A stretch of DNA of 64,000 nt from Octopus sinensis (Eukaryota), in assembly GCF_006345805.1 (NCBI RefSeq), contig NC_043018.1, forward strand, positions 7,130,001 through 7,194,000, written 5' to 3'. The notes below the pieces were generated by a model, which searched no databases, was not told the origin of the DNA, and saw only the letters and a list, made by a program, of their open reading frames with translations. Shown here in pieces: positions 52,439 through 64,000 of the stretch. Each line of letters begins with the position of its first letter. Within the stretch, counting starts at the first letter, position 1. Both the position numbers and the translations under genes were made by a program.

Positions 52439-53410
52439 AAGGTCATCCCATAAGTTCTGTCCGAATTTTGAATAAAGAAAATAAGTGATCAAGTGTTATA
52501 TTTAATTGAAATTTAATCATCAATGTACTTTCTCTGATTATCTATGACTTCTTTCAATCTATTTACAAGCTTTTAAATCCCATCAATGTAAAACTCTTTT
52601 GGTTTCAAAGCAAAGAACTCGGAAATGTCAGTTTCGACTTCCTCCTGACTTGTGAAAGTTATGTCCGCCAAATGATTCCGTAAACTATGAAACAAATGGT
52701 TGTCTGAAGGAGCAAGGTCGGGAAAATAAAGTGGATAAGGAATTTTTCCCAACCAAGCTCTTCGATCTTCTGTGATCTTTGCAGTGTAGGGTCGCGCATT
52801 GTACTGATGGAACATTGCTCGTTTTCAATTCACTAAAGTGGGTCTTTTTTTCTTCAAAGCTTGGTTCAAATTCTCTAATTACTGACAGTAGACTTGAGCA
52901 TTGATTGCTGCATTAGGTGTTAACAATTCAAAGTGAATTACTCCTTTGCAATCCGGATAATTCATGAGGCACCCATTTTCCAAGTTTAGGAAACTTTCCA
53001 AGCTGTTGAAGATGACGATGAACAGATGCATGGTTTGAACTAAGCTTTATTGCCAATTCTTCAACTGATAATGCAGGATTTTCTTCAAGTAATGCTTCAA
53101 GAAGCTTATCATCAAACTCAACTGGACGTGCTGTTCGATCTTCATCTTCAAGGCTGAAATCTCGACTTCTTAATTTTGCAAACCATCTTCTACAAGTTCT
53201 TTCATTCAAGCATTCTTTCCCATAAACTGAGTGTATGTTTCGAGTTGCTTCAGCTGCAGAATGCCTCAAATGCTCTTTGGATACTTCCATGTTAGAAAGG
53301 GTTTTAATCAAAGAAATTTTAATTCTATTATTCTGTAAAATAATATTTAATTAGTTTAAATGTACACAAATGCATAAAAATAACTTTTTAATTCCATTAA
53401 AAAATTCTAA
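52439..53410 (-). mobile_element. Internally deleted mariner, related to 14126-15394
   Basis: TIR ggtcatcccataag at the left end; MEVSKEHLRH, WVPHELS, HQYNARPYT, YFPDLAPSDNHLF; the region of the first catalytic Asp is deleted; ATG 53290, stop 52513. Confidence 0.9.
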
Positions 53411-54176
53411 AATACTATTAAATGTGTGTGTATTAATGTCTGTGTGTCTGTTTGTCCCACCCACTGATAATGTGTTTATGTTCCCGTAATCCAGCGGTTT
53501 GGTGAAGAAACCAATAGCATAAGTACTAGGCTTACAAAGAACAAGTAATAGGGTCAATTTCTTCAACTATAAAACCATTTAAGGTGGTGCTCCAGCATGC
53601 CTGCAGTCAAATGACTGGAGAAAGTAAAAGAATAAAAGAATATTATATACCATACACAATAACAGATGTGCTCATGGCAGTGCATAGCACATTACCAAAT
53701 CACTTGAACATGAGAGAAATACTACACACTCGTTTAATCAACATGGTTTAATAATTACTACCCTTACTCTAGATAAGCTAGTGTGTGGAATCTACACAGC
53801 CATGTAGGGAAAAAGCACAGAAAACATCATCAATATTTTATAACTAATAATTTATATCTAATAACAGATAGATTATAAAATACTGAGTGGGCCAACCTCT
53901 GTTATAATATATGCCCACAGGCCCTATTGCACAAAACAACACAGTTCATGCAAGTTTTCCATTATGTTGTATTTTTGTTAATAATACTGATGAAATGAGG
54001 TAAATGCCAACCAGCTTATGTAATAGCAGCAATCAGTTTACTGAAACAAGTGCATAATGTCATACAAGCATAAAATGCAGGTTATGTTCTCTGCATTCCT
54101 TTCACTATATATATATATATATATATATATTTATAATAGGATTAGCTCATATATATATATATATATATATATATAG

Positions 54177-54558
54177 GCGCAGGAGTGGCTGTGTGGTAAG
54201 TAGCTTGCTTACCAACCACATGGTTCCGAGTTCAGTCCCACTCTGTGGAACCTTGGGCAAGTGTCTTCTACTATAGCCTCGGGCCAACCAAAGCCTTGTG
54301 AGTGGATTTGGTAGACGGAAACTGAAAGAAGCCCGTTGTATATATGTATATATTTATATATGTGTGTGTGTATATGTTTGTGTGCCTGTGTTTGTCCCCC
54401 TCACCCAACATCGCTTGACAACCGATGCTGGTGTGTTTACGTCCCCGTAACTTAGCGATTCGTCAAAAGAGACCAATAGAATAAGTACTACGCTTACAAA
54501 GAATAAGTCCTGGGGTCGAGTTGCTCAACTAAAGGCAGTGCTGATTGAAACAAGTAAT
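54177..54558 (+). mobile_element. SINE family A
   Basis: Full head; a 3'-half copy also lies at 53425-53640. Confidence 0.9.
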
Positions 54559-54755
54559 TATGCATATATACATATATAGATACATACATACATACATACA
54601 GATATTTATAGGTATATTATATTTATAATAATATATACATATGTATATTATTTATATATAAATATATGTATATACATGTATGTGTATGTATATATATATG
54701 TATATATATTATATATATATATATAATATATATATATTATATATACATAATATAC

Positions 54756-54927
54756 CAAAGCTGTTACTCAGAGTTTCACGTTCCTGTTCGTTAGATGGGA
54801 ATGTGAAACTCTGAGTAACAGATTTTGTTATATTTCTGCTGCTTTTAAATAAAAGCATATTACTCTACCTCTGGTATTTGTGTACTCTTTTTTTCCACCT
54901 TGTTTCACATTTATGTGCTTACTCCAG

Positions 54928-54930
<3 letters not shown>
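54756..54930 (+). mobile_element. Fold-back repeat with hammerhead-like arms, copy 2
   Basis: Same outer boundary and tail as 31758-31990 with a shorter interior. Confidence 0.75.
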
Positions 54931-54971
<41 letters not shown>

Positions 54972-55864
54972 GTGTGTGCATGTATATTATTTATATACAA
55001 ATATATATATATATATATCAGTACATATGTCAGTGTGTGAATGTCTGAGAGAGAGAGGGATGGAGATGAAGTGTTAAATGAAGAGGATTCACTTAAATTT
55101 TGGATGCAGTTTTTCTATATCATTGTGAGTGGGTCATATCATATCAAAAGTAGATTGTTTTTAAATGGTTACTTCCTTTCAGTATTTACACAGATATCTC
55201 GATATATTTTCATTCATGGATGCATATATATATATATTCATACATAGCTAGAAGCATATGCATATGTACATGCGTATCTATATGCGTATATGTATGTAAT
55301 GTGTGTGTGTGTATATATATATATATATTATATATATATATACATATGTGATATATATTATATATATCGCATAACCACACAAACACACTGACATACATTG
55401 ATAAATACTTTTATGTATATGTGTGTCATGTGTGTATATATATAGACATTAGATAGAGATAGATTATACATATTATAGATCACAGATTATATATATATGA
55501 TAGATATATATAAGATAACATACCATAAAGATCGATATACACACATACATACTAGATATATATATATAGATGAGATATATATACATAATACATAAACAGA
55601 TCTGATTAGTATACACATACATACATATAGTAGTATACAATAGAGATATGTATATTAGAGAATATAGAGATATATATAGATATAATATATATATAATATA
55701 TATATACACATAGATATATATATATACATCATCATATAGATATATATATACATATTATATATACAGATACATATATATAATATATGCACATACATATATA
55801 TATATATATATATACACATACATATCTATTATATATAATATATACACATACATATATATATTAT

Positions 55865-55907
<43 letters not shown>

Positions 55908-55980
55908 CATATATATATACACATACACATACATATATATATATACACATACATACTATATATATATACACATAACGTAC

Positions 55981-56020
<40 letters not shown>

Positions 56021-57114
56021 CATACATACGTATATATATCATATATATGTAATGTATATAACATATATATAAATATACACAGACACACACACACATATGT
56101 ATATACATACATGAATATACCTCACTAATACTGTGAAGTATAAATATCACAAGCTCTTACTACTGGTTGTTGGTACCACTATGGCTAAGTGCACTCATAA
56201 TACTAATACACAGACACACACACTCACATAAACTAATGCCTACACACACACAAACACACATACCTATATATTTATGTATACAAGTGAAAATTTCTTTTTT
56301 TTTTTTTTTCACTGAGATGTATATATACTTACATTTTTGAGTATAGATATATGTTCATATAGAAAGACATCTCTGATATGATATCGCTATGTATACATTA
56401 GATCTAATTGATTTATCTGGTGACATGATATATACAACATAGATAGCCATCAGCTTTTATGATTTCAATAGCCATCAGCTTCCATTGAGTTAGTTTAAGT
56501 TTGTCACAACTGATATTTCATGTGTAATCATTGCATATTTCATAATACTCTATTCCCGCACAACGGGGGGGAAAATATCAGGATATCACTACATGAATAT
56601 TTGATATCCATTTGATATTTATTGTTAAATCTCATTTAAGTGAAATGATATAAATGATATATATGCTACATATATATATATATATATATATATACTAGAT
56701 ATATATATAAAGATATATATGCATACATACATTATGCATACATATATATATATATATAATATATATATAATATATGCATACATATATATATGTATGTATA
56801 TATACATGTATATATATGTGTATTTATGTATACTTATACATACACATACATATATAAATATATACATATGTATGTTTGTATGCACTAAGAACAGTATTTG
56901 TGTGTGTGTATGAATGTGCGTGTGTGTGTATGTATACATTTTTTCTATGCATATGTACATACATAGATATGTATCTGTGTGTCTGTGTGTGAATAAATAT
57001 ACATATGTGAATCTTTATGTATAAGATTATGCGTGTGTGTCCAACACTTCAACACCAAATGATTTTCTCCAATTCCAAAACTGTTTATAAGTCCCCAGAT
57101 ACATGTATATACAA

Positions 57115-57159
<45 letters not shown>

Positions 57160-57829
57160 TATGTACATATATATACACACATATATGCATATATACACAT
57201 ATATACACTCATGCGCACACATATATACATATGTATATACATGTATATGGTGTATATATATATATATATATTATATATATATATATAATATATGGTTGTT
57301 GTATTTTTGTATTTCTTTTTATTTAATTCATGGTGTTTTTCTTTATTGTATAAATATTCCTCATCAATGTCTCTCCCAATGGTATTTCTGACAGTTATTT
57401 CCCGAAACTTTTCTCTTCTCATCATGTTGTAAATATTTGCTACCAAAACAATAATTGTAAAGTACGAAATTTTGAATAAATATTTCTTTCTCCCTCTTAT
57501 ATAATATAGATATATGTACTGTATGGTTATTGCAACCAATGAATATAAGTTGTAGATTTATGTGTATGTGGCATGGACTGCCTTTCTAGCTGAATGATCT
57601 CGGGGGAAAGAGTCTGTCACCCATTCTCCAAAATTTCTACCTTCTTCAGTGAATACATACATATATATTTTCATGTGTGTATGTAGGTGTATCTATCTGT
57701 TGCCTGTCTGTATATATATATATATAATATATATAGTGTGTGTGTGTGTGGTATGTATACATATATACGTGTGTGTAATATATAATCTACAATATATATA
57801 ATATCTATATATATAATATATATATAATG

Positions 57830-57862
<33 letters not shown>

Positions 57863-57881
57863 CATATAGATATGTATGTAT

Positions 57882-58279
57882 GCAGGAGAGCCTGTGTGAT
57901 GAGAAGTTTGCTTCCCAAACACGATTCCAGTTTCAGTCCCACTGCATGACACCTTGGGCAAATGTCCTCTACGTTAGCCTCAAGCCAACTAAAGACTTGT
58001 GAGTGGATTTGGTAGATGGAAACTGGAAGAAGCACATTGTATATATATATATATAATGTGTGTGTGTGTGTGTGTATGTATTTGTGTGTCTGTGTTTGTC
58101 CCCACCACCAACTGATGTTGGTGTGTTTACATCCTTGTAACTTAATGGTTCAGCAAAAGAGACTGATAGAATAAATACTATGCTTACAAAGAATAAGTCC
58201 TGGGGTTTATTTTTTCAACTAAAGCCAGTCTCCAGCATGGCCACAGTCAAATGACTGAAAAAAGTAAGAGAATAAAAGG

Positions 58280-58331
<52 letters not shown>

Positions 58332-58692
58332 AGCACAGGGGGCTGTGTGGTAAGTAGTTTACTTACCAACCACATGATCTCGGGTTCAGTCCCACTGCAT
58401 GGCACCTTGGGCATATGTCTTCTAGTATAGCCTTGGGCTGACCAAACCCTTGTGAGTGGATTTGGTAAACGGAAACTGAAAGAAGCTCATCGTATGTGTT
58501 TGTATGTCGGTCCCCCAATATTGTTTGACAACTGATGTTGGTGTGTTTACGTCCTTGTAACTTGTTGGTTCAGCAAAAAGATCAATAGAATAAGTACTAA
58601 GTTTACAAAGAACAAGTCCTGGGGTCAATTTGTTTGTCTAAAGGTGGTGCTCCAACATGGCCACAGTCAAATGACTTAAACAAGTAAAAGAA
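57882..58692 (+). mobile_element. Two tandem family A SINEs (57882-58280 and 58335-58692)
   Basis: Both colinear with family A. Confidence 0.85.
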
Positions 58693-58823
58693 TATATATA
58701 TCTTAGATAAGTCATATTGTATACACCTGGTAGCTTACTGGTAAAGCACGTTCAATTTCACAGTGTTGACTGTGTATTTGATTAATGAGAAAGACAGAAG
58801 ATGGAAAATACGAGAATGTTTAC

Positions 58824-58933
58824 TAATCACTACAGCTGTTTCAACTCATCTAGCATCGATCCCTCATGGGTGGGATACTTAACAACTGGTTCAGAAGTAT
58901 CAGTTGGTGTAGATGTGCTTCTTCAGGTGATTA
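58824..58933 (-). ncRNA. Type I hammerhead ribozyme fold with a branched stem II
   Basis: taatcac-CTGAAGA-agcacatcta...tagatgagtt-GAAA-cagctg-TA-gtgatta; 7-bp stem I and intact core. Confidence 0.85.
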
Positions 58934-59417
58934 CAAGATGCATCTCATTAAATAGTGCAGGATCGATACAAGATGGGTTGAAACAATTGTATTGCCTAAT
59001 AAACAATCTTGTGTCTTCCATCTCTCTCATTAATCAAATGTGTGTATGTGTGTGTCTAATTAATAGTGACAGAAGTATTAATGTGAAAAGTAATATTTAT
59101 CCCCACTTAAAATACTGCATTATTTACCACAATACACCCTCTTATATGACTTGTGGTGCATATAAATACTTGTGTTTATACCACTAGCAGGAAATAATCA
59201 TTTGCTATCACCACCAGATCACATAATTTCAGCCTTCCTTGATCTTGTCAGTTGTAGATGTCCGAAGGTAGAAATTCCTGTGATACCCCCATCAGCAATC
59301 TATGTAGAATCTCTGTGTCTAATTATTGCAACTAACCATTGGGCTTAAGAAAAAAAATAATTAATTGCAACAGAAGTAATATTAACAGCAAAAGGTAATA
59401 TTTAGCTCCACTTAATA

Positions 59418-59817
59418 GGCGCAGGAGTGGCTGTTTGATAAGTAGCTTGTTTACCAACCACATGGTTCCGAGTTCAGTCCACTGTGTGGCACCTTGGGCA
59501 AGTGTCTTCTACTATAGCCTCGGACAGACCAAAGCCTTGTGAGTGGATTTGGTAGACGGAAACTGAAAGAAGTCCGTCGTACATATATGTATATATATGT
59601 GTATGCGTGTGTGTGTTTGTGTGTCTGTGTTTGTCCCCCTAGCATTGCTTGACAACCGTTGCTGGTGTATTTATGTCCCCGTTACTTAGCGGTTCGGCAA
59701 AAGAGACCGATAGAATAAGTACTGGGCTTACAAAAGAATAAGTCCCGGGGTCGAGATGCTTGATTAAAGGCGGTGCTCCAGTATGGCTGCAGTCAAATGA
59801 CTGAAACAAGTAAAAGT
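59418..59817 (+). mobile_element. SINE family A
   Basis: Colinear with other copies. Confidence 0.9.
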
Positions 59818-60129
59818 GTATATAAATATAATATATATAATATATATATATATAATTAATCATCATCATCATCATCATCGTTTAACGTCCGTGATGATGA
59901 TGATGATATATATATATACATATATATACATATGTATATATATATGTAGTATATATATATGATATATATATGTATGTATATATATATGTATTATATATAT
60001 TGTATGTATATATATATGTAATATGTGTATATATATATATATATATTATATATTGATTTCTAGGTGAATGGCTAAAATAAGTTGAAGAAATTATGGACAT
60101 GCACACACATATCTATCGATCTCTTTCTT

Positions 60130-60178
<49 letters not shown>

Positions 60179-61828
60179 CATCATCATCATCATCATCATC
60201 ATCGTTTAGCGTCCGCTTTCCCTGCTAGCATGGGTTGGACGGTTCTACTGGGGTCTGTGAAGCCAGAAGGCTTCATCAGGCCCAGTCAAATCTGGCAGTG
60301 TTTCTACGGCTAGATGCCCTTTCTAACGCCAACCACTCCGTGAGTGTAGTGGGTGCTTTTTACGTGCCACCCACACAGGTGCCAGACAGAGCTGGCAAAC
60401 GGCCACGAATGGATGGTGCTTTTTATGTGCCACCGGCACGGCTGGCAATGGACACGAACGGATGGTGCTTTTTACGTGCCACCGGCACGAGGCCAGTCGG
60501 GGCGGCGCTGGCAATGGTCACGAAACGGAAGGTTCTCTTACATGCCACCGGCACTGGTAACACATCTGCAATTTCCATTGATCGATTTTGATTCTGATCC
60601 TCACTTGCCTCAACAGGTCTTCACAAGTAGAGTTTTGTGTCCCAAGAAGGGAAGGTATGCATATGTAGGCTGGCTCCATCCCATGTAGAAGGCCACAGGT
60701 TATGGACTCACTTGTCCTGCCGGGTCTTCTCGCACACAGCACACTTCCAGAGGTCTCGGTCTCTAGTCATTTCCTCAGTGAGACCTAAAGTTCGAAGGTT
60801 GTGCTTCACCACCTCGTCCCAGGTTTTCCTGGGTCTGCCTCTTCCACAGGTTCCCTCAACCGCTAGGGTGTGGCACTTTTTCACACAACTATCTTCATCC
60901 ATTCTCGCCACATGACCATACCAGCGCAAACGTCTCTCTTGCACACCACAACTGATGCTTCTTAGGTCCAGCTTTTCTCTCAAGGTACTTACACTCTGCT
61001 GAGTATGAGTACTGACATTACACATCCATCGGAGCATACTGGCTTCATTTCTTGCGAGCTTACGCATATCCTCAGCAGTCACGGCCCATGTTTCACACTG
61101 CCATGTAGCATGGCTGTTCATCACACACACACATCATACAGTCTGCCTTTCACTCTGTGCGAGAGGCCTTTTGTCACCAGCAGAGGTAAGAGCTCTCTGA
61201 ACTTTGCCCAAGCTATTCTTACTCTAGCAGTTACACTTTCAGCACACCCCCCCCCGCTGCTGACTTGGTCACCTAGGTAATGGAAACTATCAACTATTTT
61301 AGTTTTTCTCCCTGGAAAGTGACGGAAGTTGGTCTCAGAGCATTTTCAGTGTTTATTGCTCCTGAGCATCTGCCACATACAAAAACCATCTTCCTAGTTA
61401 GCCTTCCTTTGACATTGCTGCACCTCTTATGTGTCCATAGCTTACACTTGGTGCAACTTATAGAGTTTCTACCTACACCTTTTCTACAGATCGAGCAGGG
61501 CCATCTACCTGAAGGCGTTTGTGATTTGTCTACTGATTACGACTTTGGTTTTAGCTAGATTGACTCTGAGGCCCTTCGATTCTAATCCTTGTCTCCACAC
61601 CTGAAACGTCTCCTCCAGTTCTGATAGCGACTCAGCAATTAGAGCAAGGTCATCAGCATAGAGGAGCTCCCAAGGGCATCCTGTCTTGGATTCCTCCTTT
61701 ATTGCCTGGAGGACTATGATAAATAGGAGGGGGCTGAGGACTGAGCCTTGGTGGACCCCTACCTCTACCCGGAATTCTTCACTGTACTCGTTGCCAACCC
61801 TCACCTTACTAGCATTGTCCCTATATAG
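60179..61828 (-). mobile_element. 5'-truncated RTE-clade LINE: RT core, PHD finger, C-terminus and 3' UTR
   Basis: GVHQGSVLSPLLF, LLYADDL, LRVNLAKTK, C4HC3 finger, FHYLGD, ETWAV, RRLRWYGHVARM, GRGRPRKTW; frameshifts near 61520 and 61120; (gat)n tail. Confidence 0.95.
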
Positions 61829-61874
61829 GAGATAGCATGATAGATAGATAGACAGACAGACATGTGAGAGCAGA

Positions 61875-61918
<44 letters not shown>

Positions 61919-62244
61919 TAGTCCAGTTTTTGTGTATCTGTATGGCCACTCTTTATTCATAAACTACGAGAACTATAAACCTAAGGCTACATACATACAT
62001 GTATGCATATATATATATATGTATATATATACACACACACACACATATATATATATCCTGTTTCTGTATCACTGAGGAAGGTTCTGATATCTCTAAATAA
62101 ATAGATAGATGAATAAATAAATAAACTGTTTGTTGGAAGCACTTTAGTGATTGAACTTCTTAGATATTTCATTGTGGATTTAATTTTGAAAGAAGTGTGG
62201 CATGTACGAGTTTGGAACCAAGTGCTATTTGGCAGCGTGTATGG

Positions 62245-62347
62245 TAGTAGTGGTGGTGGTGGTGGTGGTGGTGGTGGTGGTGGTGGTGGTGGTGGTGGTG
62301 GTGGTGGTGGTGGTGGTGGTGGTGGTGGTGGTGGTGGTGGTAGTGGT
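62245..62347. repeat. (GGT)n microsatellite
   Basis: Direct inspection. Confidence 0.95.
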
Positions 62348-62616
62348 GTGATAACACTCAGTTAAAGTATCATCTATGAACGTCAGTTTTATGCTGTCTG
62401 CTATTGATTCTACCAATATATGAAGATATAGCCTGCAGCAGGCTTATTCTTCAGTCTAGATCTAAAACTAGATCTAAATGTATAGATTTTTTTTGTTTTT
62501 GTGGTTTTTTAAAATTATTTTTATTTTTCAACTTCAAAAAGTTCAAAAAGGTCATTATCTCAAAGGTCCTCTTCAGAGGCAGCGGACAAAAAAAAAAGAA
62601 AAAGCACTAATTTAGG

Positions 62617-62653
<37 letters not shown>

Positions 62654-63269
62654 TATAAAGAAACAAAAATCCTGAAGAATCTCAACAGATCCTTTTAGCC
62701 GTTAACAAGATTCAAACTGGTGTGATGCAAAAGTAGGAATCAGTCTTGGAAATATAATATTGTTTCATTAAAACATAGAACTGCTGTTACTAAATGATAG
62801 CCACTTATTCCTATGACCTCGAGGAATATAAGCCCTCGACAGAGGATAGGAAAGCCTTCTATTTTCTGTTGAGGGCTTACATGCCCCACTATTAAACTAT
62901 TTTCTTTAATCATTGCACAGTGATCACCATGAGCTTTAAGCTTATATACATACATACATGCATACACATATACATACATACATACAAATAGATACATATA
63001 TATAAATATATATACATAAATATATATACATATACATATGTATATATAAAAATTTGCTAAATCCTTTTTGTTCATCCTCTCGCCTTTCACCAGTGCTAAA
63101 GGAGTGCACAATGTGTGTGGTTTTAGAGTCATTTTGACTTCTATTTCTCGCATATTGGTGCTGTTCTCAGTACCCTTAATTATAATTATAATTATATATC
63201 CATATTAGTAGAGGCTGCACCAAAACCTCTTAAAGACAAGTGAGGATCATTAGCTGGCACAATCATTTG

Positions 63270-63815
63270 CATGCCAGACAAAATGCTTAGCAGCATTTTA
63301 TCTGTGCCTGCATTCTAAGTTCAGATTCCACCAAGGTTGACTTTGTCTCTCATCCTTTCAGGGTGGATGAATTAGGTATCAGTAAAACATTGGGGTCAAT
63401 GTAATTGACTAGTCCCCTCCCCCGAAATTTCAGGCCTTGTGCCTTTAGCAGAAAGGATTATTACTATTATCATTATTACCAAGGTGGCAAGCTGGCAGAA
63501 CACAAATACATAAACACACACACACACACATATATATACGACAGGCTTCTTTCAGTTTCCATCTACCGAATCCACTCACAAGGCTTTGGTCGGCCTGAGG
63601 CTATAGTAGAAGACACTCGCCCAAGGTGCCACACAGTGGGACTGAACCCGGAACCATGTGGTTGGTAAGCAAGCTACTTACCACACAGCCACTCCTGCAC
63701 CTATTTGCATACATACATACATACATACTTGGCAACATTTCATCCATGTCTACATTCTGAGTTCAAAATTACGCCAAGGTCGACTTTGCCTTTCATCCTT
63801 TCAGGGTCAATGAAT
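63270..63815. mobile_element. SINE cluster: B (+) 63270-63470, A (-) 63505-63700, B fragment (+) 63730-63815
   Basis: Colinear with the families above. Confidence 0.8.
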
Positions 63816-64000
63816 TAAGTGTAAAATGGATTATATTTATTGAGGGAAGCCTGTTCAGGGCCATTGGAGGGAAAGCTTGAGAGCCATAAGCAGCCCTGAA
63901 AGCTGCAACTGAGAAACATTGATATACACTGTGGCTCAGGAGGGAAGGAAAAACACAGCAAAACTGAGGTTCCAGGTTCAGTCCCACTGTGTGGCACAAT

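Noticed and set aside
53919-54000. Plus-strand AG/GT-bounded open segment (PIAQNNTVHASFPLCCIFVNNTDEM)
   Set aside because: No homology or partner exons; it shows how easily chance exons appear.
59190-59300. Degenerate hammerhead on the minus strand (CTGATGG...GAAA ttatgtgatc)
   Set aside because: A9 is missing and stems I and II are too weak to call.
62740-62940. LIVGHVS...RGLIFLEVIG peptide, reminiscent of HIRAN-like domains in DNA transposons
   Set aside because: Too short and degenerate to support without a search.

Overview
A 64-kb, AT-rich, microsatellite-saturated animal genomic window; the repeat inventory is most consistent with an octopus (inferred from repeat types, not verified by search). 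No host gene could be identified with confidence, and most ORF-track entries are (TA)n/(CA)n/(TAA)n artefacts. The window is a layered transposon graveyard: three mariners (one near-complete, DD34D), Tc1 and maT relics, three copies of a ~500-bp TA-flanked MITE, R4/Dong-type LINE fragments tailed by (TAA)n, an RTE LINE family carrying a PHD finger after the RT core plus many 3' stubs, L1/Tx1 and CR1/L2-type relics, a Helitron-like element, several tRNA-derived SINE families and a ~30/148-bp higher-order satellite. The most notable signal is invisible to the ORF track. At least three intact type I hammerhead ribozyme folds (35953-36044 -, 37649-37709 +, 58824-58933 -) and several variant or decayed ones lie in short non-coding repeats. 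These often end in (TA)n and often form fold-back palindromes with a fixed outer and variable inner boundary. With a Penelope GIY-YIG relic at ~50.0-50.3 kb, this suggests a diverse set of Penelope-dependent, ribozyme-bearing non-autonomous retroelements, including an apparent CCGACGA (U4C) core variant. All folds were read by eye and none is tested for activity.
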